In this document: piece after piece, positions 46,895 to 56,055 of the stretch
How the letters are laid out: each line of letters opens with the position of its first letter
Position numbering within the stretch: position 1 is the first letter of the stretch
NCBI GenBank assembly: GCA_964387145.1
Contig: CAYLVM010000005.1
Coordinates: 1 to 56,221 of the forward strand
Length of the DNA stretch: 56,221 bases
Reading direction: 5' to 3'
From: an uncultured Acidimicrobiaceae bacterium
GTDB lineage: Bacteria > Actinomycetota > Acidimicrobiia > Spongiisociales > UBA5794
Made by a program: the position numbers and the translations under genes
Notes under the pieces: model-generated
The model's input: only the letters and a program-made list of their open reading frames with translations
Databases searched by the model: none
What the model was told of the DNA's origin: nothing

Positions 46895-47072
46895 TACTAT
46901 CGGGGAATAATCACACACACCGATATTGAAAACAACTCTGAAGCGTGAACGAACCAATGCAAGACACGAGATAACCAGCCGATAGGCGACCAACTCGAAT
47001 ACGTCTGTGTGTGTGCCGAGCCCGGCGTGGCTCGGCACGTTCGTATCCGCATCGGGGGGAACGAGGAACGAG
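46895..47072 (+). promoter_or_regulatory. rny promoter (-10 TACTAT) and structured 5' leader
   Basis: TACTAT at 46895-46900. CACACACAC (46912-20) is complementary to GTGTGTGTG (47007-15). A 10-bp hairpin spans 47013-47038. Confidence 0.5.
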
Positions 47073-48599
47073 ATGGAACAGATCACCAGCCTGTTGGTAC
47101 CGGGGTTGGTCGTAGCGGGCGTGTTCCTTGCAGGGCTCCTGGTGGGTCGGCGCATCGTCAAGCAGCCGCCCGCTCCCGAAGAGATACTGGCTGATGCTCG
47201 TATGGAGGCACAGAGGATCCTCGCGAGGGCAGATGAAGAGGCTCGGGCCAAGGCCGAGGTCTACCGCGATAGAGAAGAGGCAACCCTCGAGCACCGTCTG
47301 GTGGAGGTCGGCTCCAAGGAGGGTCGCATCGCCCAGCGTGCTGCAACGCTCGAACAACGCGCTGCGAACCTCGCACAGCGCGAGGAACTCGTCATCGACA
47401 AGGAACGCGAAGCGATGGCGCTTTCGATCGAGGCAGCCAAGCTCCAGGAGGAGGCGTTGCTGGAGTTGGAGGCCCTTGCAGGCTTCGACTCGAGGGCGGC
47501 CAAGGAGGAGTTGCTGCAAAAGGTACAGGATGAGGCCAGGCGAGACGCGATGGTCCTGGTTCGCGACATGGAGACGAAGGCGCGTGAGGAGGGCGATCGA
47601 CGCTCCCGTCGGATCCTGGCCACCGTGATCCAGCGCATCGCCTCCGATGTGGTCTCCGATACGACGATCTCGACGGTGACGCTTCCCTCAGACGATATGA
47701 AGGGTCGGATCATCGGGAGAGACGGGCGGAACATCCGCACCTTCGAGGCGGTCACCGGTGTCGACCTCATCGTCGACGACACTCCGGAGAGCGTTTCGGT
47801 ATCGACGTTCGATCCGGTCAGGCGAGAGGTCGCCCGTCGTGCACTGGTCCGTCTTGTCGAGGATGGCCGTATCCATCCAACATCTATAGAAGAGGCGTAC
47901 GAAAAGGCGAAGGACGAGGTCGAGCAGTCGATTCGCGATGCCGGGGAGTGGGCGATGCTCGAGGTCGGCCTCACCAGGCTTCACCCCGAGCTCACGACAC
48001 TGGTCGGCCGCCTTCGGTACCGCTCGAGCTACGGACAGAACGTGCTGGACCACCTGGTGGAGACCGCGCACATCGCGGGGATGCTTGCTGCCGAGCTCGG
48101 CGTCGACGAGGCCGAGGCCAAGCGAGCGGCGTTCCTCCATGACATCGGCAAGGCCGTCAGCCACGAGGTCGGTGGATCCCACGCGTTGATCGGCGCAGAG
48201 ATAGCGAGGCGTTTCGGTGAGGATGCAGGCATCGTGCATGCGATCGAGGCTCATCACAACGAGGTAGAGCCACGTACGCTGACGGCAGTGCTCGTCCAGG
48301 CAGCAGATGCAGTGTCTGCAGCGCGGCCAGGCGCTCGCAGAGAGGCCCTCGAATCCTACGTGCGTCGTCTCGAGCGTCTCGAGGAGATCGCTCAGGGCTT
48401 CGACGGTGTGGAGAAGGTGTTCGCTCTCCAAGCGGGCCGAGAGGTTCGCGTCGTTGTCGATCCAGGTTCACTCGACGACACCGGCTCCAAGGATCTTGCA
48501 CGGCGCATCGCTCGCAAGCTGGAAGACGATCTCCAGTACCCCGGCCAGATCGAAATCACGGTCATCCGTGAGTACCGGGCGAAGGACTACGCGCGGTAG
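47073..48599 (+). CDS. rny: Ribonuclease Y
   Basis: N-terminal TM, coiled coil, KH domain MKGRIIGRDGRNIR, HD domain RSSYGQNVL...FLHDIGK...HHNE...ADAVSAARPGAR. Confidence 0.97.
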   Translation: MEQITSLLVPGLVVAGVFLAGLLVGRRIVKQPPAPEEILADARMEAQRILARADEEARAKAEVYRDREEATLEHRLVEVGSKEGRIAQRAATLEQRAANLAQREELVIDKEREAMALSIEAAKLQEEALLELEALAGFDSRAAKEELLQKVQDEARRDAMVLVRDMETKAREEGDRRSRRILATVIQRIASDVVSDTTISTVTLPSDDMKGRIIGRDGRNIRTFEAVTGVDLIVDDTPESVSVSTFDPVRREVARRALVRLVEDGRIHPTSIEEAYEKAKDEVEQSIRDAGEWAMLEVGLTRLHPELTTLVGRLRYRSSYGQNVLDHLVETAHIAGMLAAELGVDEAEAKRAAFLHDIGKAVSHEVGGSHALIGAEIARRFGEDAGIVHAIEAHHNEVEPRTLTAVLVQAADAVSAARPGARREALESYVRRLERLEEIAQGFDGVEKVFALQAGREVRVVVDPGSLDDTGSKDLARRIARKLEDDLQYPGQIEITVIREYRAKDYAR

Positions 48600-48673
48600 A
48601 TGGCGCCTGGCCGTGTGGAGTCCGGCGTTGGTACCCTGTCGTGCGTTCCGTAACGACGATCGGGTGAACGTTC

Positions 48674-50062
48674 ATGCCTGAGATCACCATGCTCGACATG
48701 CCAGGGCTCAAAGCGGTCCGTACGCCAACGCGCGTCGGACGACGGTACTTCGTGCGTACCTTTGGATGTCAAATGAACGAACACGACTCCGAGCGGATAG
48801 CCGGCCTGCTCGAGGCCGATGGAATGATCCGCACGGAGACGATCGACGATGCTGATCTCATCGTGCTCAACACCTGCACGATACGCGAGAACGCCGACAC
48901 GAAACTCTATGGGTACCTTGGATCCTTGAAGCGGGCCAAGACCGAGAACCCGGATCTCAAGATCGCCGTTGGGGGCTGCTCTGCCCAGAAGGAACGGGAC
49001 CTCATCCATGAACGCGCAGGGTGGGTCGATGTCGTGTTCGGCACCCACAACGTGCACAGAGTCGTCGATCTGCTCGACCACGCCGACGAGTGGGGACCCA
49101 TCACCGAGATCTGGGATGAGACCAGATCGGGGAGTGACATCCCGAGTGGGCTTCCCGTTCATCGTGAGACCGAACACTCGGCGTGGGTAACGGTGACGAT
49201 CGGCTGCAACAACTCGTGTACGTTCTGCATAGTTCCGATCGTGCGTGGTCCCGAGATATCGCGTCGCCCCGGCGACATCATCAGGGAGATCGAGTCGCTC
49301 GCGGCAGAAGGGGTCACAGAGATCACGCTGCTCGGCCAGAACGTCAACTCCTATGGGCGGGATCTCGACCTCAATGGACGGAGCCCGTTGTTCGCGGATC
49401 TGCTGCGACGGGTAGGGTCTGTCGAAGGTGTCGAGCGTATCCGCTACACGAGCCCCCACCCGAAGGACTTTCGGGAGGATGTCGCTGTTGCGATGGCAGA
49501 GACCCCCGCCGTGTGTGAGCAGATCCACTTCCCCCTGCAGTCTGGCTCTGATCGCATCCTGGCCGCGATGCATCGTGGGTACAGCGCACAGCGCTTCCTC
49601 GAGAAGCTCGAGATGATGCGCTCGATCGTGCCGAACCTCGCCGCGTCGACGGATGTCATCGTCGGCTTCCCTGGAGAAGCAGAGCAAGACTTCGCTGCAA
49701 CGCTCGAGGTCATGGAAGCTGCTCGTTTCGACAACGCGTTCATGTTCCAGTTCTCGCCGCGCCCGGGAACACCCGCAGCTGAGATGGGCGGCCGGGTCTC
49801 ACGAGATGTCGTCCAGGAGCGTTTTGACAGGCTGGTCGAGCTTCAGAGTCGGATCACCTACGAGCAGAACCTTGCACAAGTTGGTCGTATCGAAGAGGTG
49901 ATGGTCGAAGGACCATCGAAGCGGGACGAGACCGTTGTGACGTCCCGGACCCGGGGCAACCGGATCGTCCACATCCCCGGACAGTGGCCGGCAGGATCGC
50001 TTCTTCGTGTGCGTATCACGAGGGCTGCACCCCACTACCTCGAAGGAGCGTTGTCGTCCTGA
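48674..50062 (+). CDS. miaB: tRNA 2-methylthio-N6-isopentenyladenosine synthase
   Basis: TFGCQMNEHDSE, NTCTIRE, GCNNSCTFCIVP, LLGQNVNSYG, HFPLQSGS, TRAM domain. Confidence 0.97.
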   Translation: MPEITMLDMPGLKAVRTPTRVGRRYFVRTFGCQMNEHDSERIAGLLEADGMIRTETIDDADLIVLNTCTIRENADTKLYGYLGSLKRAKTENPDLKIAVGGCSAQKERDLIHERAGWVDVVFGTHNVHRVVDLLDHADEWGPITEIWDETRSGSDIPSGLPVHRETEHSAWVTVTIGCNNSCTFCIVPIVRGPEISRRPGDIIREIESLAAEGVTEITLLGQNVNSYGRDLDLNGRSPLFADLLRRVGSVEGVERIRYTSPHPKDFREDVAVAMAETPAVCEQIHFPLQSGSDRILAAMHRGYSAQRFLEKLEMMRSIVPNLAASTDVIVGFPGEAEQDFAATLEVMEAARFDNAFMFQFSPRPGTPAAEMGGRVSRDVVQERFDRLVELQSRITYEQNLAQVGRIEEVMVEGPSKRDETVVTSRTRGNRIVHIPGQWPAGSLLRVRITRAAPHYLEGALSS

Positions 50063-50979
50063 ACGTCGTTGCCATCGTCGGCCCTACCGCTGCGGGCAAG
50101 TCGGCAATCGCAGAGGCGGTCGTCGGACGCTTCGGGGCATCCATCGTGTCCGTCGATTCGATGCAGGTCTACCGCGGGATGGACATCGGGACGGCGAAGC
50201 CCGACTGGAGCACGCGTCAGCGGATCGACTACCGGATGCTCGATGTGTGCGATCCCGACGAGGAACTGTCCGCGCAACGCTTCCAGGAGCTTGCGAGACA
50301 CGAAGTGGCCGAGATCCTCGGGACAGGCGGGAGGGTGGTCATCGCCGGTGGGTCGGGGCTTCATTTTCGTACGATCGTGGATGCCATGACGTTCGCCCCC
50401 ACGGATCGTGAGGTGAGAGCTCGTCTCGAAGCCCGATCGGGCGAGTCGCTCGTCACCGAGCTCCTCGGAGCCGATCCCTTGGCGGGAGACGTTGTCGACC
50501 TGGCGAACCCCCGGCGGGTTCTCCGGGCGGTCGAGGTGTGGCGACTCACTGGGCAGACTCCGACACAGCGAGCAGCGACCCCTGAGGCGCTGGCGCTGGC
50601 GCGCTACGAGCCTGTGCTCGAGTTCGTTGGGTTCGGGATCGACGGCGTCGGATCCCTCGAGCACCGTATTCGCAAGAGGCTCACGGCGATGGTCGAAGCG
50701 GGACTCCCCGACGAAGTCGCCCGGTTGCAGGGACGGATGGGGAGGACGGCATCCCAGGCCGTTGGCTACAGGCAGTACAGTGCAGCCCTCGGCGGTGAAA
50801 TGTCCGAGAGCGAGGCGTTCGATGCGACGGTGCGAGCAACGAACGCGCTCGTGAAGCGACAGAGAACGTTCTTCCGAAGGGATCCACGCATCCGGTGGAT
50901 CACGTGCCAGGATGGCACCGAACGTGAAATCGAAACGGCTGTCACGACGATCGGGGAGGCGATGCGATGGAGTTCGTGA
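49984..50979 (+). CDS. miaA: tRNA dimethylallyltransferase (start uncertain; true start probably near 50050-50060)
   Basis: IVGPTAAGKS, DSMQVYRGMDIGTAKP, GGSGLH, AVGY, KRQRTFFR. Confidence 0.95.
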   Translation: MAGRIASSCAYHEGCTPLPRRSVVVLNVVAIVGPTAAGKSAIAEAVVGRFGASIVSVDSMQVYRGMDIGTAKPDWSTRQRIDYRMLDVCDPDEELSAQRFQELARHEVAEILGTGGRVVIAGGSGLHFRTIVDAMTFAPTDREVRARLEARSGESLVTELLGADPLAGDVVDLANPRRVLRAVEVWRLTGQTPTQRAATPEALALARYEPVLEFVGFGIDGVGSLEHRIRKRLTAMVEAGLPDEVARLQGRMGRTASQAVGYRQYSAALGGEMSESEAFDATVRATNALVKRQRTFFRRDPRIRWITCQDGTEREIETAVTTIGEAMRWSS

Positions 50980-51722
50980 AAGTAGAGGCTCTCGGCAACG
51001 ACTTCATCGTCGTAGATGGCCCGTTCGTGCCGGATCCTGACGATGTTGTCCGCTGGTGTGCGCGTCGTTGCGGTGTCGGGGCCGATGGTGTTCTGGTGAT
51101 CGAACCGATCGATGCTACGAGGATGTCCATGCGGTACTGGAACGCGGACGGTGGCGAGGCAGAGATGTGTGGGAACGGTCTGCGCTGTGTCGCCAGGCTC
51201 GGGTATGACCGAGGCTGGGTCGCCTCGGGTACGTTCACCGTCAACACGGCGGTTGGTGATCATGAGGTCACCGTCACGGATGACTTGGTGATCGCGTTCG
51301 TCGGCGTTCCGACGCCCTTCAGGACCGGTGAGCTGAACATCGGCACTCACACGGTTCACCCGTTCGCCATTGGAAACCCACACGCCGTCCTGTTGGTCGA
51401 CAGTGTCGAGGACGTCGATGTGGCGGCGATCGGATCCGAGATCGAGAACGATCCTCTGTTCCCGAACAGAACGAACGTCGAGTTCGTCGAAGTGCTCGAT
51501 GAAGGTGGGATCAAAGCCCGTATCTGGGAGAGGGGAGTGGGGGAGACGCCTGCATCCGGAACAGGTGCAACCGCAGCGGCCTATATTGCTCACACGCAGG
51601 CAGGCGTGGAACTCCCAGTAGATGTTCACCTCCCGGGAGGGGTCCTGACGGTCACCTTCGACGACGCTGGTGCATGGATGGAGGGTCCTGCCGAAGTCGT
51701 GTTCTGCGGATCGATCGACTGA
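50967..51722 (+). CDS. dapF: Diaminopimelate epimerase (second catalytic Cys replaced by Ser)
   Basis: GNDF, GVGADG, NADGGEAEMCGNGLRC, GNPH, TNVEFV, ERGVGETPASGTG. Confidence 0.9.
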   Translation: MEFVKVEALGNDFIVVDGPFVPDPDDVVRWCARRCGVGADGVLVIEPIDATRMSMRYWNADGGEAEMCGNGLRCVARLGYDRGWVASGTFTVNTAVGDHEVTVTDDLVIAFVGVPTPFRTGELNIGTHTVHPFAIGNPHAVLLVDSVEDVDVAAIGSEIENDPLFPNRTNVEFVEVLDEGGIKARIWERGVGETPASGTGATAAAYIAHTQAGVELPVDVHLPGGVLTVTFDDAGAWMEGPAEVVFCGSID

Positions 51723-52355
51723 TCAGCCCAGTCGACGCAACACAGCGACCACGACACCGAGGATGTCGACACCCTCGGTGAAGACCATTGTTTCGTATGC
51801 GTCGTTGTGTGGGATCAGACTCACCGCGGTGTCGGAACGATGGAAGGTCTTGACCGTGGCTTCCTCTCCGTCGACGAGTGCAGCAACGATGTCTCCGTTC
51901 TTCGCTGTGTTCTGCTTTTGGACCACGACGTAGTCACCGTCGTAGATGCCGGCGTTCAGCATCGAATCGCCTCGTATCCGCAACATGAACACCGGTTCGT
52001 GCCCGACGAGTTCCGTCGGCAACGGGTAGACCTCCTCGATGTCCTCTTCAGCGAGGATCGGTGACCCGGCAGCGATGTGGCCCACGAGGGGGACGTCACG
52101 AACTGCTGCTCGTGAGATCGGTACGGCACCGTCGACGTCGATGATCTCGATCGCGCGGGGTTTGGACGGGTCCCTGCGAATGTACCCCTCGGCTGAGAGC
52201 GTTGAGAGATGACTGTGAACGGTCGATGGCGAGCTCAAGCCGACGGCATCGCCGATCTCACGTACCGACGGCGGATAGCCACGTTTGGCAACGGTCGATC
52301 TGATGAGTTCGAGGATCTCGCGTTGTCTCTGGGTCAGGCTCGCACGTTCAGTCAC
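51723..52355 (-). CDS. lexA: SOS repressor LexA
   Basis: GYPPSVREIG, STVHSHL, RDPSKPRAI, cleavage site IAAGSP, GDSM (Ser), ATVKTF (Lys). GAGGAG RBS before GTG 52355. Confidence 0.97.
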   Translation of the reverse strand: MTERASLTQRQREILELIRSTVAKRGYPPSVREIGDAVGLSSPSTVHSHLSTLSAEGYIRRDPSKPRAIEIIDVDGAVPISRAAVRDVPLVGHIAAGSPILAEEDIEEVYPLPTELVGHEPVFMLRIRGDSMLNAGIYDGDYVVVQKQNTAKNGDIVAALVDGEEATVKTFHRSDTAVSLIPHNDAYETMVFTEGVDILGVVVAVLRRLG

Positions 52356-52404
52356 GGTTCCTCCTCGTCGTTCCCACGAGTCTAGAGCGATGTCCGCTTC
52401 AGAC

Positions 52405-52474
52405 CAAACATACGTTCGACTTGACAACCGAACAGATGTTCGATATGTTTCTCGGTACACCGAACAGGTGTTCG
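52405..52474. promoter_or_regulatory. Three LexA boxes in the lexA / lysM divergent promoter
   Basis: CAAACATACGTTCG (52405-18), CGAACAGATGTTCG (52429-42), CGAACAGGTGTTCG (52461-74). TTGACA at 52421-26. Confidence 0.9.
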
Positions 52475-52612
52475 GTCGGGTAGGGCATCGATGCGGCGCC
52501 CACGTGCATCGGAACGTGTCATACCCGGCCGATACCGTCGGTGTCAGGAGCGAAGCTCCTCCCACGAGAACTGGGAAACCAGGCTGGGCAGCAGGGACGA
52601 GGAGACGGCAAC

Positions 52613-52903
52613 ATGACAACGACCAGCATCGCTCGCTTACGAGCGTTCATCATCATCTCCATTACGGTCGCGGCCGTGTTGCTTCTCCTTGCCTCTGCAG
52701 GAAACGCCACGAACGAGATCACCGAGACGGTGCAGTACCGCGTTCAGATGGGTGACACGCTCTGGGAGATCGCTGCCGAACAGGGCCCCGATGGTGTCGA
52801 TCGTCGTCGTGTGGTGGCCACCATCGAGCAGATCAACGACCTCGACGCTGCAATGCTTCAGGCCGGTCAGATCATCGAGATTCCGGTGATGTCCACACCC
52901 TGA
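52613..52903 (+). CDS. Small TM + LysM protein (YneA/ChiZ-like SOS cell-division inhibitor candidate)
   Basis: N-terminal TM, then YRVQMGDTLWEIA...IEQINDL...LQAGQIIEIP. GAGGAG RBS. Divergent from lexA. Confidence 0.85.
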   Translation: MTTTSIARLRAFIIISITVAAVLLLLASAGNATNEITETVQYRVQMGDTLWEIAAEQGPDGVDRRRVVATIEQINDLDAAMLQAGQIIEIPVMSTP

Positions 52904-52965
52904 GCGGCAAGGTGATGCTCGACGCTCACACTCCAGATGGTCACCGACCGTTGTACGCTGCCGGG

Positions 52966-53433
52966 ATGCGATGCCCCCTCTGCACCACAGACGATACGAG
53001 AGTCGTCGACTCACGCCCGACTGAGGAGGGCCGTGCGATTCGGCGTCGACGTTCCTGCCCACGGTGTGGACACCGTTTCACGACGTTCGAACGTGCAAGT
53101 GCCGTCGTCGTGGTCAAGCGTGACGGACGCCGTCAAGCGTTCGATGCATCCAAGGTTCGGCTGGGCGTCGAGATCACGCTTGCAGATCGCCCGGTGCCCC
53201 AGGACGCCGTCGACGATCTCGTGGCGACGGTCGAGCGAGCGGCGTACACATCCCGAGGATCGATTCACGCCGACGACATCGGAGCAATCGTGCTCGAAGG
53301 CCTCCGCGACATCGATGAGGTCGGCTACCTCCGTTTCGCTTCGGTGTACAAGGAGTTCCAGCGGGCCTCCGATTTCGAGAGGGAGGTTGCTTCCCTCGAT
53401 GCTGAAGAATCCCTCAACGAACGAGATCGTTGA
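52966..53433 (+). CDS. nrdR: Transcriptional repressor NrdR
   Basis: MRCPLC, TRVVDSR, IRRRRSCPRCGHRFTTFE, ATP-cone, YLRFASVYK. Confidence 0.97.
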   Translation: MRCPLCTTDDTRVVDSRPTEEGRAIRRRRSCPRCGHRFTTFERASAVVVVKRDGRRQAFDASKVRLGVEITLADRPVPQDAVDDLVATVERAAYTSRGSIHADDIGAIVLEGLRDIDEVGYLRFASVYKEFQRASDFEREVASLDAEESLNERDR

Positions 53434-54619
53434 GGTGCTCGTCGAGGAGGCCCGCGAGAGACAGGATGCGACCGTCCATCTCGGTTCGGAACGCCACGAG
53501 CGCAGCAGTGGTGATCGACGCGAGGTCGTCACGTAACGCATCGATCTCGTCGATGAGCACCGTGGCAGTTTCGGTATCACCGGATGCGAGTGAGGCAAGG
53601 TACTCGTCCTGCCATCGAGCGTACCGCTCGACCGCCGACCCAGCAGCTTGTGCAACTCCACTGAACGCCGGGTCACTGGGGAGATCCCCAAGAACACCGG
53701 CATCGTCCGCCAGCGATGACGCGAGGTCGACGGCAACGACGTTGATCTCCTGGGTCGATGCCTCGGTTGCAAGGTCGCCGGTGGTGAGAAGTTGTGGGAT
53801 GGACGTGCGATATACGTAGGCGTGGCCGAGGCGTCGGGCAATCTCAGCCGTTTCGGATGCAAGGATGTTGGAACGTTCCTGGAGCGGAACGAGGGCGTCG
53901 AGTGAGTTGGAGGGGACGAAGGGCAAGAGGGTCGGCAGCGGGATCGCCGCAGCTTCCGACAGGGTGCTTGCGTGGCTCGACAACTGTGAGATCGTCGGGA
54001 TCGCACCATCGACCTGTTCGTTCGTGCTCTGGGGGTTGGTGACAGCATCGAGAGCACCCTGGGCTGGAGGCAGGTAACTGCGTACTGCGAGTGTGGCGTC
54101 GTAGTTGCTCTGGCGGACCGCAAGCGCCTCCTGGTCGGCGGCGCGGGGGAGCCAGACGGCAGCAACGCCGATCGCTACGAGGATGGTTATCAGGGCGATA
54201 GCGACGGGCCACCGGAAGCGTCGGCGGGTTCGCAAGGCTGGGGATAGGAGCGTTTCGTCGAACTCGGGTTCCGGTGTGTCGGGTCGTGCGGTATCGCTCG
54301 TGAGAACCGTTGGTGGCGGGGGAGGTTCGGGTATAGGGGCGAACGTCGACGTCGACGTACCGGGGTCGCCGTCGAAGGTGGCCTGTTGAATCTGGTCCTG
54401 GTGCACGGGGGCCGTGTCGTTGTTTGCCTGGGGGGGCTCGCCCGGGGAGTCGAGTTCCGGGATCGCGTTCTCCCGTGTCAGCTCTTCGACGGCCTCGATA
54501 GGAGTTGGAGATGGCGCTCTAGCTCCGACAGCCTCGAGGAACCATGTACCGTCATCCTGTGCCGGCTTCTGTGGGGGTTGCTTGGCCAATCCGATCCACT
54601 CCGTGGGAGAATCCACCAT
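53414..54619 (-). CDS. Hypothetical single-pass membrane protein (Pro/acidic N-tail, TM, helical C-domain)
   Basis: Disordered N-terminus, RRRF followed by a hydrophobic helix, then a long helical region. Upstream of 54619 the ORF only shadows dut. Confidence 0.7.
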   Translation of the reverse strand: MVDSPTEWIGLAKQPPQKPAQDDGTWFLEAVGARAPSPTPIEAVEELTRENAIPELDSPGEPPQANNDTAPVHQDQIQQATFDGDPGTSTSTFAPIPEPPPPPTVLTSDTARPDTPEPEFDETLLSPALRTRRRFRWPVAIALITILVAIGVAAVWLPRAADQEALAVRQSNYDATLAVRSYLPPAQGALDAVTNPQSTNEQVDGAIPTISQLSSHASTLSEAAAIPLPTLLPFVPSNSLDALVPLQERSNILASETAEIARRLGHAYVYRTSIPQLLTTGDLATEASTQEINVVAVDLASSLADDAGVLGDLPSDPAFSGVAQAAGSAVERYARWQDEYLASLASGDTETATVLIDEIDALRDDLASITTAALVAFRTEMDGRILSLAGLLDEHLNDLVR

Positions 54620-55055
54620 GAAGATACCCGTTACACGCAAAGAGTTGAGGCACCCGCTTCCCGGCTTCGCACACCCGGGGGACGCGGGAGCGGACCTCAC
54701 CGCGAGTGAGCACGTCACTGTTGCCCCCGGGGGTCGGGTCCTCGTACCCACCGGCCTTGCTATCGCGATTCCTGAGGGGTACGCAGGGTTCGTTCTGCCG
54801 AGGAGCGGCCTTGCCATCAAACACGGTGTGACCGTGATCAACGCCCCGGGACTCATCGACTCCGGGTATCGGGGGGAGCTCCGTGTGGGCCTCGTGAACC
54901 ACGGAGACCACCCGTTTACGATCGAGCCGGGGGACCGCATCGCCCAACTCGTGATCATGGCGGTGGAAACACCGGTGTTCTTCGAGGTCGCTGATCTCGA
55001 CGCGACGTCACGCGGCGAGGGTGGTTTCGGTTCGACGGGACTCGGTAGCTCCTGA
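54618..55055 (+). CDS. dut: dUTP diphosphatase (trimeric)
   Basis: GDAGADL, PRSGLA, GLIDSGYRGEL, RIAQLV, RGEGGFGSTG. GGAG RBS. Confidence 0.97.
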   Translation: MKIPVTRKELRHPLPGFAHPGDAGADLTASEHVTVAPGGRVLVPTGLAIAIPEGYAGFVLPRSGLAIKHGVTVINAPGLIDSGYRGELRVGLVNHGDHPFTIEPGDRIAQLVIMAVETPVFFEVADLDATSRGEGGFGSTGLGSS

Positions 55056-55075
55056 TCACCGCTGGCTGAGCGTGA

Positions 55076-55921
55076 TCATGGCTTCCGATCTTCCTTACGG
55101 AGCCTGACGATGGCGTCATTGAACTCTGCACCGAGGATGACCGACAGCGACGAGATCCAGAACCACAGCAGCAGGATCACGGCTGCTCCGAGTACTCCGT
55201 AGGTGGCGTTGTACTTTCCGTAGGACGATACGTACACGGAGAAGCCGATGGATGCGCCCGACCACAGAACCGTTGCGAGAACCGCACCGGGCAGGACGTC
55301 TCTCCAGCCGTCGGGACGCAGCGGAGGGGCGTAGCGGTACAGCAGTCCGATGACCAGAACTGCCCCGCCGGCGATCGCCACCCACCTGGTGTTGCCGATC
55401 GTGACGATCGCATCGGTTGGGTCGAAGCGTTGGAGCACGACGGGCACGACGGCGATCATCGCGAGGACGAGAACCCCGCCACCGATCACGAGGAAAGTGA
55501 GGCCGATCGCTACGGCTCTCGACTCGAGGATGGATCGGTGCTCCTCCTGGTCGTACGCGATCTTGACCGCTCCGATCATCGCTCTCGTGGCGTTCGACAC
55601 GGTCCAGAGAAACGCTGTGATCGAGAGGGCGAACCCGACGCTGAGTCCGGCACTGGATCCCGAAGCAATGGATGAAAGTTGGGCTGTGAGGAGGGCAGCG
55701 GACTCCGCAGGGAGGACAGCGAGGAGCCCGTCGATCTGTTGCTCGGCGTCTGCAACGTTGGCGAAGAGTCCATAGAGCGTGATCGCAATGAACATGGCGG
55801 GCAGCAGTGCAAGGACCGCGTAGAAGGCGACACCGGCGGCGATGATGACGGCGTGGTCGCTGCGCGCCTCACGCCTCACATCGTTGCCGATGGCTAGCCA
55901 GTATCGGAGCCGGTCTTGCAC
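55076..55921 (-). CDS. YihY/BrkB-family membrane protein
   Basis: AAGVAFYAVLALLP, LYRYAP, VLPGAVLA, YNATYGVLGAAVILLLWFW, ILGAEFN. Start placed at GTG 55921 (uncertain). Confidence 0.88.
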   Translation of the reverse strand: MQDRLRYWLAIGNDVRREARSDHAVIIAAGVAFYAVLALLPAMFIAITLYGLFANVADAEQQIDGLLAVLPAESAALLTAQLSSIASGSSAGLSVGFALSITAFLWTVSNATRAMIGAVKIAYDQEEHRSILESRAVAIGLTFLVIGGGVLVLAMIAVVPVVLQRFDPTDAIVTIGNTRWVAIAGGAVLVIGLLYRYAPPLRPDGWRDVLPGAVLATVLWSGASIGFSVYVSSYGKYNATYGVLGAAVILLLWFWISSLSVILGAEFNDAIVRLRKEDRKP

Positions 55922-56055
55922 TGCTGTCTCGCTGAACGTCGGGTATCGGAAGGTACCGCCTTGGAGCGGCTGTGTCACCGAGATGTGGCATCGTTGGGCC
56001 GATGACGGCAGCGAGCGGCGTGCCGCCCCGGGGGTAGAAACGATCAGCCTCGTGG

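Noticed and set aside
46900-47072. 6S RNA, which often lies upstream of rny
   Set aside because: The paired region is only about 105 nt and lacks the long two-arm rod with a central bubble. It is kept only as an unclassified leader structure.
53011-54165. 384-aa minus-strand ORF in the track
   Set aside because: Ser/Arg/Pro-rich off-frame shadow of the real membrane-protein gene (53414-54619) and of nrdR.
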